Positions 44,891 through 59,317 of a stretch of DNA of 64,000 nt are shown one piece after another; positions within the stretch are counted from its first letter, which is position 1; each line of letters opens with the position of its first letter. Both the position numbers and the translations under genes were made by a program. The notes beneath the pieces were generated by a model. That model made no database searches. It saw only the letters and a program-made list of their open reading frames with translations, and was not told the DNA's origin. Source of the DNA: the human T2T-CHM13v2.0 reference genome, Homo sapiens. The DNA lies in NCBI RefSeq assembly GCF_009914755.1, contig NC_060927.1; one strand, written 5' to 3'.

Positions 44891-46084
44891 TAAGTGAAAG
44901 GCTTGCATAAGGTCACCTGAAAAGCTATTTCTGTGATACTGTTAATCTTTTCTAATTGCTAAAGAGGTGATGCTTCCTGTTTCTCTGCTCATTGCCAGGG
45001 TACTTGTTTCTCTTCCATCAGCTTTTCTCCTTCTCTATTCTGCATTATCATATGAAATCAAAGAGTGAGGAAAAAAGTCAAGGATCTTCAAAATCATACA
45101 TGACTGATACCAATCTCATCATTGGACTAGATTTCTCAGTGAAGATAATCTGAGGGTTAATGCTAACTCTCATAGAATTTAAGTCAAAATATCTGTCTTT
45201 GTTTGCATTGCCCAAAGAAGTTGGATCAAAAGAGTTACAGCTGGGTGGATTTTAACTTTTAACCCAGTTTTTCAGATGTGTTAATATATAGTGCAAAGTT
45301 TCCAATGTAGTTAGAGTTACTACAACCCTAACTGAAATTGCCTCATACTGTGACATTATTATATCCTACAATCACTCATATATCTTTATTTTTCCAACTC
45401 TACCATCACAACTGAGAAAAGGTAATGTGGTACATTTACAAATAAAAGAGGATTAGGATTATTTTCATTTTAATATTCCCACTATAATTATCTGCAGATT
45501 TATGAAGACCGAGTCAAGGGTTCCATTTGTAGCCATCAATAAAGAGATTAATTTATTATTCCCAATCGGGCTCCAACCCTCAAACTATATTTGGCCATTG
45601 GCTTCGGGATTTGGTTATTTCCTCAACCCTTTGTGAAGAAATCTTTTAATTTTTTGTGGGTCAGAGGCTCTTTGTTATATGGTAGAAGTATAGTCCGTAA
45701 GGAATAGAAAGGACGAGGTTGAAAGTAGCTGTGCCTTGAAGTTATTAAAAATATGTTTCACTCATGATAACATGATCATTTTCAGGAATTTTATTCTTCC
45801 TCCCTTGACCACAAATATTAAACGTTTCACCAGGGAAATGGCTGGTAAGAGATTTAGTCCTAGGAGTAGGATCTAATCTTTTATATCACAGTAAGAAGCT
45901 GATCAAAGGTGTTGAAAGCTGACTGTTAAAGGATTAATTAGGTCACATTGAAATATATGATTTTAAAACAGATTGAAACCAGAAATAAATAAATAAATGA
46001 AGCTAGCTGCCCCCATTTTTTTCAAGAACATGTTATTGAAGAGAAAATATTGAGCCTTCATCACCATTTAAAATATTCTTAATG

Positions 46085-46312
46085 AGCATTGTTGAAGCCA
46101 TTTTAAGGAGTGTGTTCTTCAACATAAGGGCAACGGAAAGCCATGAGCTCTTCTTCTAGGAATTGAGCTTATATATCACTCTTTCTTTAAAGAGTGCAGG
46201 TAATGGGTTGCAGCAGAACAGGGCTGTGTGAAGAGAACCTTGAAACAGATGCTGCAATAATCCAAGTAAGAGATATTGGTGTCTTTATCTTGGGCAGTAG
46301 CTGTGGTGGTGG
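46085..46312 (-). mobile_element. L2 fragment
   Basis: gctgcaataatccaagtaagagatattggtg. Confidence 0.6.
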
Positions 46313-46349
46313 ATTCTTTGTGTTTCCCACTCAACCCAAACACAAAATC

Positions 46350-48290
46350 TTCCAGGGCTCCAATCTAAGATCAACCCCATCCTCTTGGTCACTGGATTGC
46401 ATTCCCTCTCACCCACTCAAGAACTTCACTCTAGCTATCGTTTTACTCCTCTCTCCTGCATTAGATACATTTTCTTTCCCTGCTACATCACTCCTACCTG
46501 CATCGGAACAATGTGGCAACATCTCCTGCTTTAAACTAGTAAGAAACTCCCACTGCTCAATTTCTATGCTCCTCTTACGGCAAAACTGCACCAAAGAGTC
46601 ATCTCTACATCTTCTCTTTCACGGACTCTTACCCTCAGTCCATTGGGACTTTTCCCCAGAATTGCACAAAAGTAGCTCTCTTCAGTGATGTCCACAATAC
46701 TAAAGCTGATGATAAATTCTTAGTTCTCACAGTATTTGACCTATCAGCAGCATTCAATACAGCTGCTCTCTCTAAACTTCTCAAATACTTGCTTCTTGTG
46801 GCTTTTGGGCTATAACTCTCTTGGTACCCCCTTTAAATCCCTGGATTTCCATTTTCTTTTTTTTTCCATTTTTTTCTTTTCTGGCTTCTCATTTCCCTGT
46901 CATCTACTCATATTCTTAAAGTAAAGTATAAGTGTCCTCAGGCTCAAGACCCAGGCCTTTATCTCTCTGTATACTTGCTCTCTAGTGATTTCATCCAGTC
47001 CAATGGCTTCAAATGCCATCTTTATACTGATATTTTATAAATACCTACTGTCAGCCCCTCTCCCTCCTAAATACTTGACTTACATATCCATTTCCTGCTC
47101 ATCTTCTCACGTGGTTGTCCAGTAGGCATCTCAAAGGTAATATGACTAAACCTGAGCATTTGATCTTCTTCCTAAATCTTATTCTCCTATAGTTTTCCCA
47201 GTCACAGGAAAGGGCACTTCCATTCATCCAGTGGCTCAAGACTGAAATTTGGGTGATAGTCTTTATTTATTTATTTATTTCCATGCCACCATTCAATCTG
47301 TTTGCAAATCCTGACCACTGTGCCTTCAAAACATACCCTGTATCAAACCAACTCTCCCTACCTTCAACCATTGCAACCCCAGTCCAAACTCCCATCGTAA
47401 GTGGCTTGATCACAAGAGCTTCCTAACTGGTGTCCCTCCTTCTATTCCTGTTTCTCCAGCCTTTTGTTACATAAAAGCCAGGGTGATAGATAGAGTTTGA
47501 ATTATTTGTCCCTGCCCAAATCTCATGTTTAATTGTAACCCCCCAATGTTGGAGGTGGGGCCTGGTGGGAGGTGATTGGATCATGGGAGTGGATCCTTCA
47601 CGGCTCAGTGCCGTCCTCACAACAGTGAGTTCTCGTGAAATCTGATTGTTTAAAAGTATGTGGCACCTACCCCCCATCTCTTGCTCCTGCTTTTCACCAT
47701 GTGAAGTGCCCGCTCCTGCTTCACCTTCCACCTTAGTAAAAGCTTCCTGAGGCCTCCCCAGAAGCGGATACCAGCACTGTGTTTCCTGTACAGTTTGCAG
47801 AACCATGAGCCAATTAAGCTAATTTTCTTATAAATTACTCAGTCTCAGGTATTTCTTCATAGCAATACAGGAAAGGCCTAATACAGTGACTCTTTTAAGT
47901 GTAAGTCGTTCACATTTCTCCCTGGCCAAAAGCCCTCCAAAGGCTTTACTTCTCACTCAGAAAAAAATCCAAACCTCTCACCTTGGCCAGAAGCCCCCAT
48001 AAACTGGCCCCTGGCCATCTGTCCGTCATTATGTCCCCACAACCCCCATCCTTCTGTTCCATATACTGTTTCTCAAAGACATGAAACACGTCCCTCCTAG
48101 CAATGGGGCCTTTGTGAGTGTTGCTCCCATGCCTTGAATGTGAGTCCCCCAGATACCTCGTGGCTTGCAACCTTCTTTCATTTCAAATCTCTGCTCATTT
48201 CCACCCCTTCCCGATATTTTTCAAATAGTACTCACCATCCTTCTCCATCGCTTTCACTGCTTTGTTCTTAATCGCATGTAGTACTGTGTG
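46350..48290 (+). mobile_element. Long L2 (RT region toward 3' end), interrupted by an MST LTR
   Basis: tttgacctatcagcagcattcaataca translates as FDLSAAFNT (L2 RT motif DLSAAFDT) at 46735-46761; pyrimidine-rich L2 body. Confidence 0.8.
47488..47885 (+). mobile_element. MSTA/MSTB solo LTR (ERVL-MaLR)
   Basis: cccaaatctcatg...ggaggtggggcctggtgggaggtgattggatcatggg...ctaataca; 5-bp TSD gtga(t/c). Confidence 0.9.
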
Positions 48291-48814
48291 ACATAATACT
48301 CCTTTTTGAGAATTATATTTATTGCAGATTTGCAGAATTTCACGGTTGTACTTTAAAGCATTTTATGTTAAGGTCACCATAGATATATTATGCAGTAGAA
48401 CTCAGAAGTAGAATGAATATGTAATATAAGTCTCAAGGCTTGCAGTAGGCTGCTTTGGGGTTTGCCTTCTGACCCTTCAGAAGTGTGTGTTCACTCAGCT
48501 GTTCCGGTAAGGACGCCTCGATGGAAAAGTTTAAAATGTACTGGTTCATATGGACTGGGCAATTACCCATATTATGTAATTGAGGGACACCTACAGAAAC
48601 GATCTCTTTCCCCTTATCTATCTGTATTGGTCTGCCATCATACCTGCAAAATTCCACCATTACTCTCTCTTAATGGAATCAACTACAATTAGAAGTCAAC
48701 CAACAATGCCTGTATAGGAAGCATATGTAGAGACTTTTAGTTAAAATTATATGGTCTAATCAGCAAGAGTCTATTTAAGGGACAATAAAGCAGAATATGG
48801 CTTATTTTAAAGCA

Positions 48815-49625
48815 TTATAGAGGCTCTCTCAACCCACCACCCTTTAACTGACTTTCTGGATAAACAGTCTCTTCATTCCTTCCGTAATGCATAATGACTG
48901 TTGCCTGTGGCAAGCTGAAGGTTCATGGCTGGTAGGCTACGCTCAGGTGAATTTGGAGCACTCTGTTCCTAGGTGTTGAGTTGGACACTGCCAAGGATGA
49001 GTTGTTTTTATTCCCAAACCAGTTTATGCCAGTTTCACTTACAATTATAAACTTTAAATATTATATAAACTAATGAAATAAAAATTCAAAAGGCAAGAGT
49101 TGTCATTTCCGCAAAAACTAGGTGCAATCCTTTGGAAAAGACTCAAGAAAAACAAGCCAATAAAAAAATTAAAGGTTCTACGGACAATTATACAAGTTTA
49201 TTTTTAAATAAAAGACAATTATAATTCATACTCTAGTATAATTCTGTACTCAGATCTTGTCACAACTCTTTTGTAAGGAAACCAAAACTGTAAATGAGAG
49301 TTGTCAATGCATGATGAACGTAGCTTATGTGAAAATAACAACCCTAGTCCACTGTCAACTTTAAAAATAAATAAAAGGTAAGAGTTACATTGTTCTTACA
49401 TGAAAATATTGACAAATAATAAATTTAATTGCCTAAAAATAAATTACTTTATTAGTAAATAAAGATAAGTTATATATAAATATATAAACTATATGTTATG
49501 ATAAATTTCATAAAATGTTTATGACATACATATGGCATTACTTTATGGTTTCCCACTTCTAGCAACTTTTAAAATTACCAACTAATTCTAGGTCCCAAAA
49601 GTGTAGGACAAGCGGGTTTTTCACA
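48815..49625 (+). mobile_element. Ancient Tigger element (Tigger13a-like)
   Basis: Degenerate TIR-like ends and internal blocks resembling Tigger13a from memory. Confidence 0.55.
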
Positions 49626-50178
49626 TGGTTTGAAAACAGTTTTCAAGAGTAGAGATTGCAGTTTCATTACAGACATGTTGAGAACAGCAAAGGAGGTAAA
49701 ATACTCAGATCAATCCTGGAAGTAAAGTAAAATCAGCATGCCCATTCTACATATGAGGCTAACAGAGAGTCAGTGACGTGGAGTTGAGCTGTTTTCAGAG
49801 AACTAAGATTTGCCTTCTTCAAGGTTCATGCTGTTAGCTTTGATGCTACAATACCTTTTCAAACCTCTTCTCCTATACATCTCATTTAGATCTTTCATAA
49901 CTTGGCTTTTTCAAAATAGATGTCAACTAAAGGCAGCTGAGCTAATCAGGTATTTTAATTAATGGCATCTGAATTATTATGACAGTGTGATCATAGAGAT
50001 GCCATTTTTGTCTTCAGTAATCAACCCTTCTTCCTTAAGAAGGTGTGGGAGCAGGTCCTTGATTAAATAGATCTGGGAAATGCTGAATATTGGATTCTCC
50101 TCTTGGAGATTTTACAATGCTAATAAGATTTGGAGAAATCCTGTAGTAAAGAAATCTGCCCAGCATTTTCAACCCAGT

Positions 50179-50553
50179 TGATATGATTTGGCTGTATTCC
50201 CAGCCAAATCTCATCTTGAATTGTAGTTCCCATAATCCCCACATGTTGTGGGAGAAACCTGGTAGGAGGTAATTAAATCATAGGGGCAGTTACTCTCATG
50301 CTGTTCTCATGATAGTGAGTGAATTCTCATGAGATCTGATGGTTTTATAAGGGGCTTTCCCCTTCCTTCGCTTTCATTGTCCTTCCTGCCACCATGTGAA
50401 GAAGGACATGTTTACTTCCCCTACCACCATGATTGTAAGTTTCCTGAGGCATCCCCAGCCATGCAGGATGGTGAGTCAATTAAACCTCTTTCCTTTATAA
50501 ATTACCCAGTCTCAGGTATGTCTTTATTAGCAGCATGAGAAGAGATTAAAACA
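50179..50553 (+). mobile_element. THE1 (C/D-like) solo LTR within a MER103-like fossil
   Basis: tgatatgatttggctgt...caaatctcatcttgaattgtag...aca; 5-bp TSD ccagt/ctggt, consistent with CpG decay of ccggt. Confidence 0.92.
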
Positions 50554-50771
50554 CTGGTTATTTCCCAAACATATTTGTCCACATGATTTTATCATGTATG
50601 CCTCTTTATGTTGGACTAAACCAGTATTCAGTGGCACACATTTAAAAATATTGCTATTCTCAAGTAAATTTGGACTCCTCTGTTCATAGCTGTTGAGTTG
50701 TACACTGCCAAGAATAACTGATTTTTATTCCCAAACCAGTTTATGCCAGTTTTACTTAGAGATTATTACTA

Positions 50772-51032
50772 GGGAGGCCGAGGCAGGCCGATCACCTGAG
50801 GTTGGGAGTTCGAGACCACCCTGACCAACATGGGGAAACCCCATCTCTACTAAAAATACAAAATTAGCTGGGTGTGGTGGTGCATGCCTATAATCCCAGC
50901 TACTCAGGAAGGCTGAGGCAGGAGAATCGCTTGAACTCAAGAGGTGGAGGCTGCAGCCGAGATCGCACCACTGTACTCCAGCCTGGGGAACAAGAGTGAA
51001 ACTCGGTCTCAAATAAATAAATAAATAAATAA
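50772..51032 (+). mobile_element. 5'-truncated AluSp
   Basis: ctgaccaacatgg, caaaattagc, aacaagagtgaaactc; (AAAT)5 tail. Confidence 0.88.
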
Positions 51033-51993
51033 GTATTATATAAATGAATGCCTTTCATATGTCCATTCCTGTTCTTATATATTCTCAGCTTGTTGACCAC
51101 AGTTCCCTGGGCTGAATTTTGTGAGTGCACCCTTACTTTGTTCAGCTTTTTGTCATTATCAGGAGAGAAAAGGCAAATGTTGCAAAAAAAAAAAAGATAG
51201 ACTTGGCAGTTTTTTCTAATAGCTAAACTGTGACCTTGGCACCCATCCCCTTAGAGGTCAGTAAGAGGCCCTTGTAATCATCCACAAGCAGAGAGTCAGC
51301 TAAAGACTGAGATCACCCCTTGCTCATCAGATCCTGGTTAAGAAGCTCATGAAGAGGAAAAAAAAGTTCAGACTCCTTCCACAAGCTAAATAAGTGCCTC
51401 TAGGGTCAGGCATCATCAAAGAGGGTCAACTAATCAATGTTCACCAAGCAATTTGTGATCTGAAGTGTTGCAAGAATGCTAAAATTATATGTATCTTGTC
51501 CTTTACAACTGAAGATGGCACATCAGGAGGTGATAGCTCTGTGTTTTGATGCTGGCTGTGACTTTGTGCCAGACCTTAGCCCCGGCCCTGCTGCAGGCAC
51601 ACGTCCTTCTTTACAGGATAACCAGGCAATTTGTGGTTTACTGCCTGCTGTGTGTGTCCTGTGCAAACTCACAGTGTGCTGACACATGACTGCCTAGTAA
51701 ATATCAGGGGAATATTGAATGCTCGTGCTCAGAGCTTTTATTGGGAAACACTTTCCCTCATCCCACCCTTTGCTCCTCTCCTGAATGTCCACCACCATGC
51801 ATCAGAACAGATCATTTATAGAGATACTCTTAGGGAATGCCAGTCTGTGCCAGTCTGCCTGTCTTCCCTGCCCACATGCTCTTACCGGGGCCGACTTGAC
51901 ACCCAAAACAACTCAGAGAGTTGAAGTGATTTGCCCAAGACCACACAGCTAACAACTGGCAAATGTGGTATTGTATCTAAAATACTAGCACAG

Positions 51994-52285
<292 letters not shown>

Positions 52286-52529
52286 TTAAATCATGTGTTT
52301 TTCACTTACAGTGAGGCTGAGTAGAAATCTGGGGAAGAATTAAAGCAGAGATTCCAGGGATATGTTAGGGCAGAGCAGGACTCATGGAAGGACAAGGGGG
52401 TTGGTTTTGTTTTCAATAGAATTGAGAAGGTAGAGTTTGAAAACACATTTCCAGAAGTCCCCGTGTTGGTTCCCACTGGATGCTTGTTAAGATTATGTAA
52501 TACTCTTCAGTGCTATGTCTGTTGTTTAA

Positions 52530-53045
52530 GTGTTCTGTTCATTGGGATTCTTTTGGTTGCAAGTGCCAAAATCCAATTCAAATGAGCTTAAATAAACACG
52601 GGAATTTTTTGGCATAAAAGTCCTATTAACTACAACTAGATTTTAGTTCCCAAATGATAGTGTTAGGATCTCTCTATCATCTCTTGAATTTGCTTTTCAC
52701 AAGCTGCCTCTCACTGCAAGGTAACTCAGCGGGAAGGAGAAAATGCTTCATTTCCAGTAATTTTAGCAAAAGCTTCAAAATTGGCCTTTATATGCTAACT
52801 TGAGTCATATGCCCACTCTTAAACCAATTATGGTGAGTGGAGGATATGAGGGTGGTGCTGGATAGAAAATGCTGATTGGGCAGCCAGACGACATAGGTCT
52901 ATTCCTGGAGCCAGAACGGAGATTAGCCTCACTCGTATAGCATCTACTAAGAGTCGGGGAGAAATGATTCCTGATTTTAAAAAAGATTAGAATGAGGTTA
53001 CCAAGTCAGGAGAAGCTAGGCACCCAAAACAAATGATGTCTACTT
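52530..53045 (-). mobile_element. Ancient ERVL LTR (LTR33-like)
   Basis: ggattcttttggttgcaag...gtcatatgcccactcttaaaccaat...gatgtctact. Confidence 0.5.
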
Positions 53046-53299
53046 GTCATCTTATTGTAAAGTAGGGTTGCACCCCAGGATCCCATCCCGAAGAGTTATT
53101 TCTAGATGTGAGAGGTGTATACCATGTACAACAAGATCCACTGTCCTGGAAACATGAGCAGGATTCAAGAAACTTGATTCTCCTAAAACTGTATCTCTGC
53201 TGAATATATCCCACTATGTCCCTAGTGCCAAGAAGAATGCCTGAACCTAATAGGCCCACATGAAGCATTTGTTGAATGAGTAATTTAAAACCAGGCAGA

Positions 53300-53465
53300 A
53301 GGGATACAGAGTTTCAGTTTGGGATTATGAAAAAGTTCTAGACATGAATAATGGTGATAGTTGCACAACATTGGGAATGGATGTAGTGGCACTGAACTGT
53401 GCACTTACAAATGATTAAAATGGTAAACTTTTATATGTATTTTGCCACACTAATTTTTTTTAAAG
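53300..53465 (+). mobile_element. L1MB-like 3' end
   Basis: acagagtttcagtttgggattatgaaaaagttctag...gttgcacaacatt. Confidence 0.8.
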
Positions 53466-53917
53466 AAGAAGGGGAAAACCTTAGGCATTAAGGAAAACAA
53501 GATTTTGGTGACTTCTGGATTTTTGCTTTCCATTTAAGCTTGCCTTAGTGAGTCATTGGACCTCAACGGCTAGGCAGTCACTGATGGGAGCAGAAAGAAG
53601 TACTTATCCAGCACTTCTCCACTGAAGTTGAGCCCAAACATTGGCTGTTCCCTACTTTACAGAAGAAGATCAAGGGATACAATAAGGTTGGGATTGATGG
53701 ACGTCAGGAGGATTTGCTTTAGGAATGCACGTGATATATGAAAAGGGTTCAGCCAGAATTCACAAACTCTGTTGTCTCCTATGGCCAGCCAGGCAGGTAA
53801 GAATGTAAATGAATCAGATAATGTGAGTCAGGTGGAGATCCACAGCCTTCCTTTAAACAGGCCAGTCACTGCTCATCTCAGACCAGTTATTGCCTTGAAG
53901 AAATACAGGTTCAGTAG

Positions 53918-54331
<414 letters not shown>

Positions 54332-54927
54332 TAGCATGGTAAACAGAACACAGCTATTTTCCAGATCTTTCCACTTACTTCCAGTTTCTTTCCAAGGATA
54401 GACTCTTCACTTTTTAAGAAATGACAGTAATGATCTCATGTATTTGTTTATTTATTTTTACGTTTTTCAGTTTAAGGTGACACAAATGGTTAGGACAGAT
54501 ACCATCACCCCAATTTTACTCTTGAAGCCACTGAGACTTTACATGGAGGGACTTCAGCTTGCACCCAGATCATGCGAAACCATGTTCTGTGCCATGTGAG
54601 ACTTTAAGAGGTTGCTTTCAAAACTCCCCCGCAGGTTTCCTTATTTATCATTTATCTAGATGAATTCTTCCTCCCTTACATTGGAGAAAACAGAGTTTCT
54701 CAATTTCCCATGACTCTCTTTGTTAGTCAGATGGGAGAGAAAAGTCATTACCTATGCGAACCTGTAGAAATAGATTTGTGTATTTTTCAGTAATAAATAA
54801 AATAACCAGGGAATTTAAATCATATAATATTTTCCATCTTGCCAGAGATGGATTTTTTTTTCCCCTGGGGAAACTTTTAACTTAAGAATGTGTTTCAATC
54901 TCCTTGATGTGTTGGAATAATCATTAA

Positions 54928-54949
54928 TGTTTACAGTTGCTGTAGCAAC
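54928..54949. promoter_or_regulatory. Forkhead motif abutting a palindromic RFX X-box
   Basis: TGTTTAC (54928-54934), one base, then GTTGCT-GT-AGCAAC (54936-54949). Confidence 0.45.
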
Positions 54950-55584
54950 TAGAAATGCTGGCAATTGAGTAGGAAGGGAGCCTGAGAGAGGAAGATAAGC
55001 TGTATCAATTATTGAACATCTGTCAAACAGTTAGCCAATTTAAAGTGACAGACAAAAAGCTAGAAATCGAAGGTGGGTACAATGTATTTGTTAAGTTAAC
55101 AACATCAGTTATGTATTGTTTTGCCACTATTACAGAGGGATAATTAACACTTATTTGCATCCACATAAAGGGAGCATTTTCTATGGCGAATATACAGTTG
55201 CAAGTGTAAATTTTTATGTCATAATCATCTTAATCCATCTCTCGTGGATGTTAGTTTGCAGTTTCAATATCTATTTGACAGACTTTTGCATTTTTTAAGA
55301 GCACAGAAGTGAAACACTATGCCTCTGATCATATGCCTCTCCAGGCACTCTCCTCTCCTTATCCTAAAACCACTACTCATTTATGCAGAAGCAGTGGCCT
55401 AAATATTGGCCACACGTGTCTCCAGTACTCTGTCTTACTCTGATGGCAGTTATCATAGATCAATTAAAACTCCTTTTTCCTCTGAGTCTCTGGCATTCTC
55501 AAAACCCTAACACAGCACCTGGATAGCCAATGCCAGTTAGGAAGGACTCTGTAGTGGAGTCTATTTGCAATCCCTGTCTGTTAA

Positions 55585-55790
55585 TGATTTCTCACCTTCG
55601 CTTGGCGTTTTATTGTTTACAAAGTGTTCTTACTTGCATAGTCTCATTTGGTCATCAAACCTCTAAGGTGGGGGTTGTTATCCCTTCTTTACATGTGAGA
55701 AAACTGAGGCTTAGAAAGATTAAGTGATTTGGCCAAGATCACAGAGTTAGACAGAAGATACCTACTTACCTACTGCCTTTTCCACTGCAC
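55585..55790 (-). mobile_element. MIR
   Basis: gagaaaactgaggcttagaaagattaagtgatttggccaagatcacag. Confidence 0.8.
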
Positions 55791-56514
55791 TGTAAAAGAA
55801 AAGATCATCAGGTAAAAATCCAGGGTGATGGGTTTCAGTACTGCCCTAATCACTTACTAACTAAAAAGAAGAAGAAAAAATAATAAAACAAGAAAGTATT
55901 TAATCCTTCTTTAGATAGTTCTCTCTGCTTCTAATAAAGGAGAACTGAACAGATTTTTTCCTAGGATGCTTTCAGCTATAATCTGTAATACATGAACTCT
56001 AAGTAAAATCTAGTTGCTAAGTTTCTCAATTACAGCATTTGTTTATTACCAGGCCACACCCTACCTCGTGGCTGCACTCCCAGTTTCTTCCCAGATCTCA
56101 GTTTTTTGAAAGTGAGAGAGCATATTAATTTTATAATTTTTGCTACTTCTATTTGTTAGCATAATAAGCATGCTAACACTGTATACATGATCACAAGATT
56201 TAATTTTCTGGCCTGGCTTTGTTTAATGTTAAGTTTTAATGAGTCACCTTTTCTCTCTTCCTCATTTTCTTTTCTGGAAAGCAGGATTATTAGCTCCAAG
56301 AGATGAGTCAAATGAAGTAACATAAATGGAAATAACTTTAGGAAAATAAAATACTGTCTATGATAAGATATTAGGGTAGCTTTATTCCTTATAAATTCTG
56401 ACCTGATCTGATAATATTAAGTAGATGATGATTTAGAATGGGTCTTCAGAATAAATTTAAAGGAACATGTAAGTCATCAAATGATTCTATTCACCATCTT
56501 TGCCTTATCAACAA

Positions 56515-56760
56515 TAATAATAATAAACATTAACATTTATTGAGTGCTACCATGTGCTCGACACTGTGCTGATTATAAGTAGCAATTTGGCTACAGTATT
56601 GCACGTGATCCCCCAACCCTCCTATGGTGTGTTATTATTATCTCCATTTTTCAGATGAGAAAATTGAGTCTTAGATATGTTAAGTAACTTTCCATGCTCA
56701 CAAAGTAGTGGTAAACCAAGGTTTCAAGACCATGTACGTCTAACCCCAAGTTCTAGAGTA
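56515..56760 (-). mobile_element. MIR
   Basis: aacatttattgagtgctaccatgtgc...ccatttttcagatgagaaaattgag. Confidence 0.8.
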
Positions 56761-57226
56761 GATACTTGACCGGTTATAAATAATACTTCACACACCCAAG
56801 GTAAAGATATTTATTTTAAAATAGAACAAAGCATGGTCTTGCCTAGATGTCCCATAAAGAGCTGTAATCATCAGATGCCCACTTTTTTCCTTTAATTTTT
56901 CTTGAAGCTGACTTTTTTCTTGCAAGTCTTTGTGTTATTGTCTTCAAAGAATTACAAGAGTCATTGGGAAGAATCCACCATTTCTAAGAACCAGTTTTTA
57001 CGCAGAACTATTTTAAGTGGTACCAGATGGATAGGAAATTAGTATACAACTATTTTTCAAGTGGGGCTTAGGAACAATGGTAAGAAGGGGCCATTAGTAA
57101 ATGGAGGAAGGTAAAATAAGTCTCTAAGGAGAAAAAGAAATGACAAGGGTTTATATTATATTAAGAAATTTTTCAGATACTTTTTATCACAGGGGACGGA
57201 AAAAAAAAAAGAACAGTGTCCACTAG

Positions 57227-57559
<333 letters not shown>

Positions 57560-57799
57560 TAATTTATTGATTTTTTTTCAAAGCATATTACCTGAATAGA
57601 ATATTTCTTCTGAGTAGATTTTCTTGAGGAATTCAACCACCACATGTACTCACTTCTCTGCCTGTCAGTTCTGAGTCCTAGTTTCTTCTCCCAGACCAGC
57701 TTGTCAAAAATACATTAGACATGAGCATGGACACTTTGCGCTCGCTCTCTGTTTTGGCGTCTTGAAACCAGAGGAAAAAAGACCTGTTTGTTCAGTTTG

Positions 57800-58010
57800 A
57801 ATTTTAAAAATCTCTGATTGGCTGATTTAAGTCATGTGATCCTCACTGAACCAATCACTGTGTCCTGAGGTATGATTGGTCTCCTGTGACTCACTCCCAT
57901 CTCTATGCTGGCCTTGGGGGAATGATGACTGCCGTTCCCCAAAAACCAATTGAGGAAGCATTGCTAAGAAGATGAAAAGTGCCTTTCTGGCAAACCTGGT
58001 AATAAAGCCA
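57800..58010. mobile_element. Ancient ERVL LTR fragment (LTR33-like, CCAAT-rich)
   Basis: ctctgattggc...gtcatgtg...gaaccaatcactg. Confidence 0.45.
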
Positions 58011-58212
58011 AACTCACAGATGATTAATCTTTCATCTAGTCCTCTTCACTGCACCTCAAGGCAGAACCGGACCATTGCAGCCAGTGATGGTCTTTTTTGT
58101 TTTTAAAGGTCCAGATAAAAGAACAAAATACCTTTATTTTGAGAAGGATAGTTCCATTCTTTACAGACCAACAGACCGAATGCTTTTGTTATTGGTTTCA
58201 CAGGAGCATTAG

Positions 58213-58591
<379 letters not shown>

Positions 58592-59317
58592 GAAAATTGG
58601 TATTTTCTTAGCACATTTGATTAAGGGTTAATTTGTGCTCGTGATTTAAATGTCAGTTGTCTGAATTTTAGATCACAAGTTTAATCAAGGAGAATGTGGA
58701 ATTGTTTAATAATTTGGTGAAAAGGTTGTGTGTTGTTAACTTGTGTGGGAGTTGATTATATTACTTGAAAGCTTGCTCAGTCAGTCATATTACTGCTTGA
58801 AGCCTTAAAGAAAGTAAATAATTAGAGTTAAACTGACATTTTCCACCATTCAACATTTTTTTCATTATTCCTGAGAATCCATTTTAGTTCCCATATTGAA
58901 TCCTCTTTTTTCTTTCTTCACAGAAATTGCTTAGCTTAAAGTAAGAAGACAGATTTTGATTATGCTGTGAGAAAAAGCAAAATTTCTATTAATTATGATT
59001 TGTCCAGTCAAAATTTTCCTACGAAATATATTTAAGTGCTGATGGTACGAGTGACCCGTACAATACTGATATTTCAGGATTTAACTGGTCACCTAGTTCC
59101 CTGAAATTCTGAGTACTCCTGAATGTTGCTATGGGGTTAAATACTGTGGCATACAAAAGAAAACAAGGTTGTCCTGATCCCTACCACAGTCCCCCTCAAC
59201 CACAGGCCTGGCACATCAGTCAGGGTAATCACTGCTGGACTGCCATGTCATTGGCTTAGTTAAGCTGGAGGTTTCAGTTGCAGTGGTTCCTGGCATAGGA
59301 AAAGAAATCTTTGTCAT

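Noticed and set aside
46194-46688. Longest ORF (164 aa)
   Set aside because: Spans two oppositely oriented L2 fossils and has a GTG start.
57810-57950. Cluster of CCAAT boxes plus AP-1 as a promoter
   Set aside because: Probably intrinsic to an ancient ERVL LTR fragment; no CpG island or first-exon evidence.
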